Shown here: in pieces, positions 55,479-64,000 of the stretch | How positions within the stretch are numbered: position 1 is the stretch's first letter | Layout of the letters: the number at the start of each line of letters is the position of its first letter | Origin: Gammaproteobacteria bacterium | GTDB lineage: Bacteria > Pseudomonadota > Gammaproteobacteria > Steroidobacterales > PWYM01 | DNA length: 64,000 nucleotides | NCBI GenBank assembly: GCA_003567475.1 | Contig: PWZL01000026.1 | Location: 7,886-71,885 of the forward strand | Direction of reading: 5' to 3' | Program-made: the position numbers and the translations under genes | Notes under the pieces: model-generated | Told to the model about the DNA's origin: nothing | Seen by the model: the letters and a program-made list of their open reading frames with translations, nothing else | Databases searched by the model: none

Positions 55479-56417
55479 TTGACGGCACTGATCTGCGGTT
55501 CACTGGCCTTCGATAACATCATGGTGTTTCCGGGCCGATTCCGGGACCATATCCTGCCGGACCGCATTCACATGCTGAACGTGGCCTTCATGGTCCCGGA
55601 GATGCGTCGGGAGTTCGGCGGCTGCGCGGGCAACATTGCCTACAATCTGCACGCCATCGGCGGCGCGGGCCTGCCGATGGGCACGGTGGGGGATGACTTC
55701 ACCCCCTATCGTGAACGGTTGCGTGGCCTGGGCATCGACGACCGTTTCATCCGTCTCGTCGAGGGGCGTTTCACGGCACAGGCCTATATCACCACCGATC
55801 TGGACGACAACCAGATCACCGCCTTTCATCCCGGTGCCATGGAGTGTGCGCACGAGACCCGCGTACCGGTCGATGCCGGGGTCAGCATCGCTATCGTGGC
55901 CCCGGACGGTCGCGACGGGATGGTGCAGCACGCTGAGCAGTTGGCCGAAGCGGACATCCCCTTCGTGTTCGATCCGGGTCAGGGATTGCCCATGTTCAAC
56001 GGTGATGAACTGCGACGGTTCATCGAACTGGCCAGCTGGGTGACCGTGAACGACTACGAAGCCGGGCTGCTGCAGCAGAAGACGGGGCTGGCGCCCGCGG
56101 AGATCGCCGATCAGGTGCGGGCGCTGGTGGTGACGCGCGGGAGCGAAGGCTCGAACATCTGGGTGGGCGACCGGCGTCTCGATATCCCGGCCGTCACCGC
56201 CTCAGCGGTCACCGATCCTACCGGTTGCGGCGATGCGTATCGGGCGGGTCTGCTCTACGGCCTCATGCACGAGGCCGACTGGGAGACCACCGGGCGTCTC
56301 GCCTCGCTGCTGGGCGCGCTGAAGATCGCAAGCCCGGGCACGCAGAACCACGTGCTGTCACGGGAATCGGTGGCTGGCGCCTTCCGCAGCGCCTTTGATC
56401 GCGATCTCGGCATCTAG
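55479..56417 (+). CDS. PfkB-family carbohydrate/nucleoside kinase
   Basis: GGCAGNIAYNL and DPTGCGDAYRAGLLYG (PfkB signature 2). TTG start. Confidence 0.8.
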   Translation: MTALICGSLAFDNIMVFPGRFRDHILPDRIHMLNVAFMVPEMRREFGGCAGNIAYNLHAIGGAGLPMGTVGDDFTPYRERLRGLGIDDRFIRLVEGRFTAQAYITTDLDDNQITAFHPGAMECAHETRVPVDAGVSIAIVAPDGRDGMVQHAEQLAEADIPFVFDPGQGLPMFNGDELRRFIELASWVTVNDYEAGLLQQKTGLAPAEIADQVRALVVTRGSEGSNIWVGDRRLDIPAVTASAVTDPTGCGDAYRAGLLYGLMHEADWETTGRLASLLGALKIASPGTQNHVLSRESVAGAFRSAFDRDLGI

Positions 56418-56513
56418 ATCGGCGCCGTCCTCGAGCCTCGAGGGAATGTTCATCGCCTCCCATGGTCCATCGGGCATGGGTAACGGCAATGTCGACTGTA
56501 TCGGAGAACCGCG

Positions 56514-59387
56514 ATGATCCATGGAAGGTGGCGGCGCGAAGGGCGGCGCGCGTGGCTTGCTCTGGCCGGCGCTGCGTTGATGCTGCCGGTGGCCGCAGGG
56601 GCCGACTCGTCCGCCGAAGTGCCCGAAGAGATGCTCGGCGACATTCGCGCGGAGGCCTCGGCCGACTGGGCCGAGACCCTGGCGGGCATCGCCCCCGGCG
56701 TGGTGTCGATACGGGTGGATGGCACCCGAGCCTTCGACACTGAATGGAACCAGTCCACCCAGGCCACCGGTTTCGTTGTCGATGCCGAGCGCGGACTCAT
56801 CCTCACCAACCGTCACGTGGTGATGCCCGGGCCGGTGGTGGCGGTGGCCATCTTCCTCAATCAGGAGGAAGTCGAACTGACACCGGTCTACCGTGATCCG
56901 GTGCATGATTTCGGCCTGTTCCGCTACGACCCGGAGGCACTTCGGTTCATCGATCCCCCGGCGCTACCGCTGGTCCCCGAGAGCGCCCGTGTGGGCCGCG
57001 AAATCCGCGTGGTCGGCAATGATGCCGGAGAGCAGCTGTCGATCCTGGCCGGGACGATTGCCCGACTGGACCGTCAGGCCCCTGACTATGGCCGGGGCCG
57101 CTACAACGATTTCAATACGTTTTACATCCAGGCCGCCTCGGGAACCTCAGGCGGCTCGTCAGGTTCGCCGGTGATCGATATCAACGGAGATGTCGTGGCC
57201 CTGAATGCCGGCGGTCGCTCGCAGGCGCAGTCGAGCTTTTTCCTCCCGCTGGACCGGGTCGCGCGGGCGCTGGAGCTGATCCGGGCCGGCGAGCCGGTCC
57301 CCCGCGGCACGCTGCAGGCCACATTCGTCCGCCAGTCGTACGCGGAGCTGCGTCGGCTGGGTCTGGACGAGCAGACCGAGGCGGAAGTCCGCGCGGCATT
57401 CCCCGACCAGACCGGCATGCTGGTGGTCGAACAGATTCTGCCGGGCGCTGCGGCGGCCGGACAGCTGCAAACCGGTGACATTCTGCTGGCGGTCGACGGT
57501 GAGTGGTTGACCGAGTTCCTGCCGTTGGCCGAAGCCCTCGACGGTGCCGTCGGCGGGGACGTCGGGCTGACCGTGCAGCGAGGCGAGGCACGGTTGGAGT
57601 TTGTCGTTGGGGTCGATGACCTCCATGCCATCACGCCCGATGAGTTCATTTACGTCGGTGATGCTGTCGTGCATCGTCTGTCCTACCAGCAGGCACGTCA
57701 CTACAACCTGCCCGTCAGCGGTCTCTTTGTCGCCAATCCGGGCTACATCTTCGCGACCGCGGCAATCCCCCGCGGTGCGGTGATCAGCGAATTCAACGGT
57801 CGGCCCAGTCCCGACCTTGACGCGTTCGAGGAGGCGCTTGCCGAGATTCCGCATGGGGCCCGGGTGCCGGTGCGTTTCGTTACGCTCGACGATCCCGCCA
57901 GTCCGCGCCTGCGCGTCATGCAGATGGGCCGGGACTGGTTCCCTTCGGAGCGCTGCCGCCGGGACGACGCCCGCGGGTACTGGCCGTGCCTCCCGCTGGC
58001 TGAACCGCCGTCAGAAGCCCCGCCGGCGATCGCGAGCACGCGCTTCACCGGGCAAGGCGAGCGCCGCGCAAGAGCCATCGAGCCATCCCTGGTGATGGTG
58101 AACTTCGACATGCCCTTCGTGCTTTCGGGCATCAGCGAGCGCCACTACTATGGCACGGGCCTGGTGGTCGATGCCGAGCGGGGGCTGGTGGTGGTCGATC
58201 GCAACACCGTGCCGGTGTCGATCGGCGACGTACGCCTGACCTTTGCCGGTTCCCTGGAAGTGCCGGGCCGAGTGGAATACCTCCACCCGAAGCACAATAT
58301 CGCAATCGTCTCCTACGATCCGATGTTGATCGGCGACACACCCGTGCGCAGCGCCCGGCTGTCGAACGGTGACCTGCCCAGCCCGGGCGATCGCCTCTGG
58401 GTGGTCGGGTTGCGTGCGGATCACTCGCTGATCAGCCAGTCGGTCACGGTGTCGGCGATTGAGCCGGTGAATTTCCCGCTGTCGCGTTCGCTGGGGTTTC
58501 GCAACGTCAATCTCGACGTCATCCGGCTGGTCAATCCTCCGAATGAGTTCGACGGTGTGCTGGTTGACGGCAGCGGGCGAGTGGTGGCGCGCTGGGCAAG
58601 CTTCCTGCTGGAGGGGGGGGGCGATTCCGACCAGCTGACCATGGGCATCCCGGCCGAGCTCATCGGCGAAGCGGTCGACGCCCACCGTGCCGGTGAGCCA
58701 CTCCACTCGCTGGAGGTGGAATGGCGCATGCTGCCGCTCTCCGGCGCGCGGCGCCTCGGCGTCGACGAGGCCCGCGTGCGCCAGTTCGAGGATCGCTGGC
58801 CCGCGCGTCGCCAGATGCTCAGTGTCGTGCGTACGGTGGCCGACTCGCCGGCATCAGGCGTATTCGAAGCCGGTGACGTGCTCCTGAGTATCGACGGTGA
58901 GCCGGTGAACAGTTTCCGCGCCGTCGAGCGGAAGACGCAGCGCCCGCAGGTTCGCGTCGAACTCTGGCGCGGCGGTGAGGTGGTGACGCTGGAGGTCGCC
59001 ACCGTGGCGCTGGGCAGCGAGGAAGTCGAGCGGGTGGTGCGCTGGGCCGGCGCGCTGCTGCAGCCACCGCACCGCGCACTGGCGGCGCAACGGGGGATCC
59101 CCAGAGAGGGCGTCTATGTCAGCTGGTTTGCGTTCGGCTCCCCGGCCTCGCGGCACAATCTCTGGGCGGGGCGGCGGATCGTCGAAGTCAACGGCCAAGA
59201 GACACCCGATCTCGACAGTTTCATCGACGTGGTCTCAGGGCTCGCGGAGACGGATCCCGTGCGGCTGCGAACGGTGAACTGGAACAACGTGCCCCAGGTC
59301 ATCACCCTGCGTCTTGACGAGCGCTACTGGCCCGCCTTCGAGCTGCGCCGCGAGACGCAGGGCTGGGAGCGCAGGCCGCTGCCGTGA
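56514..59387 (+). CDS. Secreted Nma111-type protease: active HtrA-like domain, a degenerate second copy and four PDZ-like segments
   Basis: Signal peptide AWLALAGAALMLPVAAGA. Putative triad: TNRH(101)VV, HD(132)FGLFRY, GGSS(216)GSPV. The second half repeats GLVVDAERGLVVVDRNTV, with His and Ser replaced. Confidence 0.8.
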   Translation: MIHGRWRREGRRAWLALAGAALMLPVAAGADSSAEVPEEMLGDIRAEASADWAETLAGIAPGVVSIRVDGTRAFDTEWNQSTQATGFVVDAERGLILTNRHVVMPGPVVAVAIFLNQEEVELTPVYRDPVHDFGLFRYDPEALRFIDPPALPLVPESARVGREIRVVGNDAGEQLSILAGTIARLDRQAPDYGRGRYNDFNTFYIQAASGTSGGSSGSPVIDINGDVVALNAGGRSQAQSSFFLPLDRVARALELIRAGEPVPRGTLQATFVRQSYAELRRLGLDEQTEAEVRAAFPDQTGMLVVEQILPGAAAAGQLQTGDILLAVDGEWLTEFLPLAEALDGAVGGDVGLTVQRGEARLEFVVGVDDLHAITPDEFIYVGDAVVHRLSYQQARHYNLPVSGLFVANPGYIFATAAIPRGAVISEFNGRPSPDLDAFEEALAEIPHGARVPVRFVTLDDPASPRLRVMQMGRDWFPSERCRRDDARGYWPCLPLAEPPSEAPPAIASTRFTGQGERRARAIEPSLVMVNFDMPFVLSGISERHYYGTGLVVDAERGLVVVDRNTVPVSIGDVRLTFAGSLEVPGRVEYLHPKHNIAIVSYDPMLIGDTPVRSARLSNGDLPSPGDRLWVVGLRADHSLISQSVTVSAIEPVNFPLSRSLGFRNVNLDVIRLVNPPNEFDGVLVDGSGRVVARWASFLLEGGGDSDQLTMGIPAELIGEAVDAHRAGEPLHSLEVEWRMLPLSGARRLGVDEARVRQFEDRWPARRQMLSVVRTVADSPASGVFEAGDVLLSIDGEPVNSFRAVERKTQRPQVRVELWRGGEVVTLEVATVALGSEEVERVVRWAGALLQPPHRALAAQRGIPREGVYVSWFAFGSPASRHNLWAGRRIVEVNGQETPDLDSFIDVVSGLAETDPVRLRTVNWNNVPQVITLRLDERYWPAFELRRETQGWERRPLP

Positions 59388-59881
59388 GCGCCCCTGATCC
59401 CTCGCTCACGCCACTGACGATCGTCAGTGGCGGGCAGACAGGCGTGGACCGCGGCGCGCTTGACGCCGCCCTGGCCACAGGTGCCCCCTGCGGCGGCTGG
59501 TGTCCCGAAGGTCGCCAGGCCGAGGACGGCGTCATCGACTTCCGCTACCCCCTGACCATCCTGCCCGGTGCGGGCTATCTCGAGCGCACGCGGCAAAACG
59601 TCATCGACAGCGATGCCACGCTGCTGCTCAATCACGGCGCGCTGGCAGGCGGGTCGCTGGCGACGCTGGAGTTCTGCAGCGATCTCGACAAGCCTGTGCT
59701 GGTGCTGCAGGTTGACCGCCAGCCGCTCGCCGAGTCGATTGCCGCGGCACGGGCCTTCGTTGACGCCCACGGTGTGATGGTCCTGAACGTGGCCGGACCG
59801 CGGGCGTCGCGCTGGCCCCAGGCCCAGGCTCAGGCGCAGGCGATCGTCGCTGCGCTGCTTGCCGTCCCGGCCGATCCCTGA
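59384..59881 (+). CDS. SLOG-superfamily protein (putative molybdenum-carrier-like / YpsA-like fold)
   Basis: IVSGGQTGVDRGALDAALATGAPCGGWCPEGRQAEDG...YLERTRQNVIDSDATLLL. The GTG overlaps the upstream stop (GTGA). Confidence 0.7.
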   Translation: MSAPDPSLTPLTIVSGGQTGVDRGALDAALATGAPCGGWCPEGRQAEDGVIDFRYPLTILPGAGYLERTRQNVIDSDATLLLNHGALAGGSLATLEFCSDLDKPVLVLQVDRQPLAESIAAARAFVDAHGVMVLNVAGPRASRWPQAQAQAQAIVAALLAVPADP

Positions 59882-59887
59882 CCCCAC

Positions 59888-61993
59888 TCAGGTTTCCGCT
59901 GACCGGTTCAGGGCGTTGGCCAGTGCCGTCGGGTCAGTCAGGGGTGCGGTGCAGCGGGTGCCGACACAGAGGTAGGCCACGGCATCCCCGACGGGCTTTC
60001 TGGCGTCCAGCGCCGGTGGCAGTGCCTCGGCTGCCGGCGGAATATGAAAGACCAGGCGGCGGGGTGCGTAGACCGCGGTGGCCACGTCCCGGAGCGTCGC
60101 GACTGCGGCGTCCTCGCCCCGCAGAATCACGACCTCCGGGGGCGTGAGGTGCTCCTCGAGGGCATCGAGCATGCGGCAATGCGCCTGCGGGAAGTCGACA
60201 AGCGCCGGCCAGGCTGCGCGGATCGTCCGCTCCGCCGCCGCCAGGTAGCGCGGCTCACCCAGCAGCACGCCCAGGCGTTGCAGAGCCAACGCGGCCACCG
60301 CATTGCCCGATGGCGTGGCTTCGTCGGCAAACTGGCGGTGGCGGTGCAGGGGCGTATCGTGTTCCTCTGCGGTGAAGAAGAAGCCACCGCGCAGCGGGTC
60401 CTCGAAGCGAGCCAGTATCTGCTCGGCCAGCGCCTCGGCGAACGCCAGCAGTGTGCTGTCCCAGCGAAGCTCCAGCAGCGCCAGGGCCGCCTCCAGCAGG
60501 CAGGCGTGATCGTCCAGCCAGGCGGGCTGAGACGTGTTCCCATCCGCCCAGGCGGCGTAGAGGCGGCCTTCGCGCCAGAGGGCGTCACGCAGAAAATCCA
60601 TGGCCCGCGCCGCGGAGGCGCCGGCCTCGGGCAGATCCGCGGCGCGGGCGGCGCGAGCCATGGCCGTGATCATCAACCCGTTCCAGCCCGCGAGGATTTT
60701 TTCGTCCCGGGCGGGTGGTGGTCTTTGCTGTCGCGCCGCGAAGAGGGCTGCACGCGCGCGGTCAAGCTCGATGTTCATGCGGCTGACCGGTTGCTCGAAC
60801 TGCCTTGCCAGCTGTGCGGGCGCTCTCGCCTGGACCAGGTGCCAGCGGTCTGCGAAGTTCGCAGGACTGTCGAGCCCGTAGCTTGCCTGGGCGATGGCCG
60901 CCTGTTGGGGGTCGAGTGCCGCGGCCACCTGCTCGCGAGTCCAGAGATAGTGGCTCCCCTCTTGGCCGCCGCTGTCGGCATCCAGGGTGCTGTAGTAGCC
61001 CCCTTCCGGTGCCTGCATGTCGCGGATCACCCACTCCGCGACCGCGCGGGCGACCTGCCGCCAGCGCTCGTCACCGCTGGCTCGCCAGATATCGGCATAC
61101 AGCCCAAGCAGCAGCGCATTGTCATAGAGCATCTTCTCGAAATGCGGGATCTGCCAGGTCCGATCGGTGGCATAACGGAAGAAGCCACCCCCCAGATGGT
61201 CGAAGAGTCCGCCCTCGGCCATCCGCGTCAGTGACAGACTGGCCATGAACAGTGCCTGCACATCCGGGGTCTCGCCAGCGGCGCCGGCGCGCCAGTGGCG
61301 CAGCAGTCGATTGAGGCTCGTGGCGTGCGGGAACTTGGGTGCCTCGCCGAAGCCCCCGTGCTCGGTATCAAAACCCTCGCCGAGGACCTGGCGCACCGCC
61401 TCCAGCGGCGCGGCGCTCAACGGCGCGGCGCTCAGCGGACCCTCTGGCTCGAGCCGCGGGAGGAGGTCCGCCACCGCGCGACCCTGTTCACGCACCTCCT
61501 CCGGGCGTTCGCGGTAAAACGCGGCGATCCCCGCGAGCACTTCGCGGAAGGCAGGGAGGCCGCTACGGGGCTCCGGCGGGAAGTAGGTGCCGCCATAGAA
61601 GGGCGTGAGTTCGTCCGGGGTCAGAAAGATCGTGAGGGGCCAGCCGCCACCGCGGCGGGTGATCAGCTGCTGCGCAGCCTGGTACAGCCGGTCGAGGTCG
61701 GGGCGTTCCTCGCGGTCGACCTTGATGCTCACGAACTCCCGGTTCAGGAGTGCTGCGGTGTCCTCGTCGGCAAACGATTCGGCCGCCATGACATGGCACC
61801 AGTGGCAGGCCGAGTAACCGATCGACAGGAGGATCGGCCGGTCCTCGCGTCGGGCGGTGGCCAGCGCCTCTTCGCCCCAGGGATGCCACTCGACCGGGTT
61901 GGCTGCGTGCTCGCGAAGGTAACGGCTGGTGCTGTGCGCCAGTCGCCAGCCGCCTGGTTTCGCGCCTTGTGCTGGTGTCTCGCCGTCGGTCAT
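59888..61993 (-). CDS. Thioredoxin-domain DUF255/YyaL family protein (SPATA20-like)
   Basis: [43 protein letters not shown]...[13 protein letters not shown], followed by a long alpha/alpha-toroid-like region. Confidence 0.88.
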   Translation of the reverse strand: MTDGETPAQGAKPGGWRLAHSTSRYLREHAANPVEWHPWGEEALATARREDRPILLSIGYSACHWCHVMAAESFADEDTAALLNREFVSIKVDREERPDLDRLYQAAQQLITRRGGGWPLTIFLTPDELTPFYGGTYFPPEPRSGLPAFREVLAGIAAFYRERPEEVREQGRAVADLLPRLEPEGPLSAAPLSAAPLEAVRQVLGEGFDTEHGGFGEAPKFPHATSLNRLLRHWRAGAAGETPDVQALFMASLSLTRMAEGGLFDHLGGGFFRYATDRTWQIPHFEKMLYDNALLLGLYADIWRASGDERWRQVARAVAEWVIRDMQAPEGGYYSTLDADSGGQEGSHYLWTREQVAAALDPQQAAIAQASYGLDSPANFADRWHLVQARAPAQLARQFEQPVSRMNIELDRARAALFAARQQRPPPARDEKILAGWNGLMITAMARAARAADLPEAGASAARAMDFLRDALWREGRLYAAWADGNTSQPAWLDDHACLLEAALALLELRWDSTLLAFAEALAEQILARFEDPLRGGFFFTAEEHDTPLHRHRQFADEATPSGNAVAALALQRLGVLLGEPRYLAAAERTIRAAWPALVDFPQAHCRMLDALEEHLTPPEVVILRGEDAAVATLRDVATAVYAPRRLVFHIPPAAEALPPALDARKPVGDAVAYLCVGTRCTAPLTDPTALANALNRSAET

Positions 61994-62005
61994 GCCCGCC
62001 GCAGA

Positions 62006-62545
62006 TCAGTCACTGCGGTTGGCACGATAGCGTTCGATGCCCTCGCGGATAAGCCGTCCGGCCTCGTCAGCGCCCACCCAGCCGCGCAGTTTCACCCATT
62101 TGCCGGCTTCGAGGTCCTTGTAGTGCTCGAAAAAATGGACGATGCGGTCGCACAGGCGCGGCGGTAACTCGCTGTAACTGTTGACCGTCGAGTAGTGCGG
62201 ATAGATCTTGGCAATGGGCACGGCAAGAATCTTCTCGTCCTGGCCAGCCTCATCTTCCATGACCAGGGCGCCTATCGGCCGCGCCGGAATGACCGCGCCC
62301 GGAATCACCGGCACTTCGGAGAGTACCAGCACATCGCAGGGATCGCCGTCCTCTGAGAGCGTGTGCGGGATGAAGCCGTAATTGCCCGGGTAGAACATCG
62401 AAGTTTGCAGGAACCGGTCCACCATCAGGGCGCCGGACGCCTTGCAAAGCTCGTATTTCACCGGCTCGCCGCCCATGGAGACTTCGATAATGACGTTGAC
62501 GTCGTCCGGTGGGTTGCGGCCGATGCTGATCTTGCTGATATCCAT
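62006..62545 (-). CDS. ppa: Inorganic pyrophosphatase
   Basis: An internal ATG (62545) gives MDISKISIGRNPPDDVNVIIEV..., YPGNYGFIPHTLSEDGDPCDVLVL, EDEAGQDEKILAV. Confidence 0.93.
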   Translation of the reverse strand: MDISKISIGRNPPDDVNVIIEVSMGGEPVKYELCKASGALMVDRFLQTSMFYPGNYGFIPHTLSEDGDPCDVLVLSEVPVIPGAVIPARPIGALVMEDEAGQDEKILAVPIAKIYPHYSTVNSYSELPPRLCDRIVHFFEHYKDLEAGKWVKLRGWVGADEAGRLIREGIERYRANRSD

Positions 62546-62721
62546 GTGCGTGTTGACCTCGGAGCGAAAGGCTGGCCGGGCCGGCCCATGATCCGTCCCG
62601 GGTGAACGGACGCAGGGCAAAGCGGCATCCGAGCGCGGCAAATTATGCCTGTTTCGTCCCGGCCTGTCCGCCACGCGAGTTCGGGTTACACTTCGCGACT
62701 GGTCCACCACCCGGGTAACGC

Positions 62722-63519
62722 GTGTTCGACTATCCCTACATCGATCCGGTCGCCTTCTCGCTGGGCCCGCTTGCGGTGCGCTGGTACGGCCTGATGTTTC
62801 TCGGGGGGTTCGTGGCCGCCTGGCTGCTCGCGCGCTGGCGCGCTGGCCGCGGACAGGGCCCGCTGCTGCCTCAGCAGGTCGATGACATGGTGTTCTATGG
62901 CGCGCTGGGCGTCATCGTGGGCGGCCGCCTCGGTTCGGTACTCTTTTACAACTTTGGCGCGTTTCTCGCTGACCCGCTGATGCTGGTGCGGATCTGGGAG
63001 GGCGGCATGTCCTTCCACGGCGGGCTGCTCGGCGTCATTTTCGGCCTGTGGCTGCTGGCCCGGCGGCTCGGCATCCGGTTCCTGGCCATGACGGACTTCG
63101 TCGCGCCGCTGGTGCCGGTGGGCCTCGGGCTGGGACGTATCGGGAATTTCATCAACGGTGAGCTCTGGGGCAAGGTCACCTCGGCGGAGTTTCCGCTGTC
63201 CGTGGTCTACCAGGGTTTGCCCAGGCATCCCTCACAGCTCTACCAGGCCGTGCTGGAAGGGCTGGTGCTGTTTGTCGTGCTGTGGGTGTTTTCCTCGCGG
63301 CCGCGGCCTCTGGGGGCCGTTTCCGGGCTGTTCCTGGTGGCCTACGGGATGTTCAGATTCGTCGTCGAGTTTGTTCGTCTGCCCGATGCCTGGCTCGGCT
63401 ATCTGGCCTTCGGCTGGCTGACCATGGGGCAGTTGCTCTCGCTGCCGATGATCCTGCTCGGCAGCTGGCTGCTCTGGCGCGCCTGGCGTCATTCCCGTGA
63501 TGCCGGAGGCGCGGCGTGA
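62722..63519 (+). CDS. lgt: Prolipoprotein diacylglyceryl transferase
   Basis: [46 protein letters not shown], and HPSQLYQA. Confidence 0.92.
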   Translation: MFDYPYIDPVAFSLGPLAVRWYGLMFLGGFVAAWLLARWRAGRGQGPLLPQQVDDMVFYGALGVIVGGRLGSVLFYNFGAFLADPLMLVRIWEGGMSFHGGLLGVIFGLWLLARRLGIRFLAMTDFVAPLVPVGLGLGRIGNFINGELWGKVTSAEFPLSVVYQGLPRHPSQLYQAVLEGLVLFVVLWVFSSRPRPLGAVSGLFLVAYGMFRFVVEFVRLPDAWLGYLAFGWLTMGQLLSLPMILLGSWLLWRAWRHSRDAGGAA

Positions 63520-64000
63520 AACAGTACCTCCAGCTGATGCGGCACATCCGCGAACACGGCGTACGTAAGCAGGACCGAACCGGCACGGGAACGCTCAGCG
63601 TGTTCGGTCACCAGATGCGGTTCGATCTCGCCGAGGGGTTTCCGCTGGTGACCACCAAGCGTCTGCACCTGCGCTCGATCATCCATGAGCTCTTGTGGTT
63701 CATCTCCGGGGAGACCAATACCGCCTACCTGCGCGAGCATGGGGTCACTATCTGGGACGAGTGGGCGGACGCGAATGGCGAACTGGGTCCCGTCTACGGA
63801 GCACAATGGCGCGCCTGGCGCGGGCCTGACGGTCAGGTGATCGACCAGCTGGCCGGACTGCTCGAGTCGTTGGCCAGCTCGCCCGACTCCAGACGTCACA
63901 TCCTCAGCGCCTGGAACGTCGCCGAGCTTCCGCGTATGGCGCTGGCACCGTGTCATCTGCTGGCGCAGTTCTACGTTGCCGACCGACGGCTGTCCTGTCA
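63516..64000 (+). CDS. thyA: Thymidylate synthase, 3' end runs off the window end
   Basis: The GTG overlaps the lgt stop. Translation gives [73 protein letters not shown]. It is not in the track because there is no stop in the window. Confidence 0.93.
   Translation, partial: MKQYLQLMRHIREHGVRKQDRTGTGTLSVFGHQMRFDLAEGFPLVTTKRLHLRSIIHELLWFISGETNTAYLREHGVTIWDEWADANGELGPVYGAQWRAWRGPDGQVIDQLAGLLESLASSPDSRRHILSAWNVAELPRMALAPCHLLAQFYVADRRLSC

Noticed and set aside
56429-56443. Near-palindrome CCTCGAG-C-CTCGAGG just after the PfkB-kinase stop
   Set aside because: It is short, has a one-nucleotide centre, has no T-run and occurs only once in the window. The evidence is insufficient for a terminator or an operator.
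59815-59845. CAGGCC/CAGGCT reiteration encoding QAQAQAQA near the SLOG gene 3' end
   Set aside because: It is a very short low-complexity run in a C-terminal tail, with no repeat structure beyond about 24 nt.

Overview
This is a very GC-rich, densely packed chromosomal core region of gammaproteobacterial type. Third codon positions are almost all G/C. I support about 65 protein genes, one tRNA, one 6S RNA and one tandem glycine riboswitch. All calls come from reading translated motifs and gene order, with no database search. Conserved housekeeping blocks dominate, in this order: uvrA / MFS-ssb; miaB-ybeZ-ybeY-corC-lnt; leuS-lptE; cysS-sufE-yidD-trm112-holA-nadD-rsfS-rlmH; maf-rng-yhdP-tldD; purEK; yjgA and pmbA; purC; djlA; crp; coq7; rplM-rpsI-tRNA-Gln; rpiA; zapB-like-zapA-ssrS-5FCL-EVE; ygfB-pepP-ubiH; ispG; riboswitch-gcvT-H-PA-PB; ppa; lgt-thyA. 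I saw no IS elements, integrases, prophage genes, CRISPR arrays, toxin-antitoxin pairs or recognisable defence islands. Many long ORFs in the six-frame track are antisense shadow ORFs typical of high-GC DNA, and several track ORFs carry spurious N-terminal extensions. I did not find a clear-cut novel system. Three candidates are worth follow-up: (1) a three-gene overlapping cluster of an inactive-transglutaminase/7TM membrane protein, a RimK-like ATP-grasp ligase and a LOG-family protein at 46.3-49.4 kb; (2) a secreted Nma111-type double-HtrA/four-PDZ protease overlapping a SLOG (molybdenum-carrier-like) gene at 56.5-59.9 kb; (3) an ExeA/MshM-type AAA+ ATPase fused to a C-terminal FHA domain at 26.8-28.1 kb. 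Smaller oddities are a Lys/Ala-rich H1-like gene built from 15-bp tandem repeats, an orphan HExxH ORF in a block that splits the usual lptE-holA pair, and a class-V aminotransferase coupled to yjgA.
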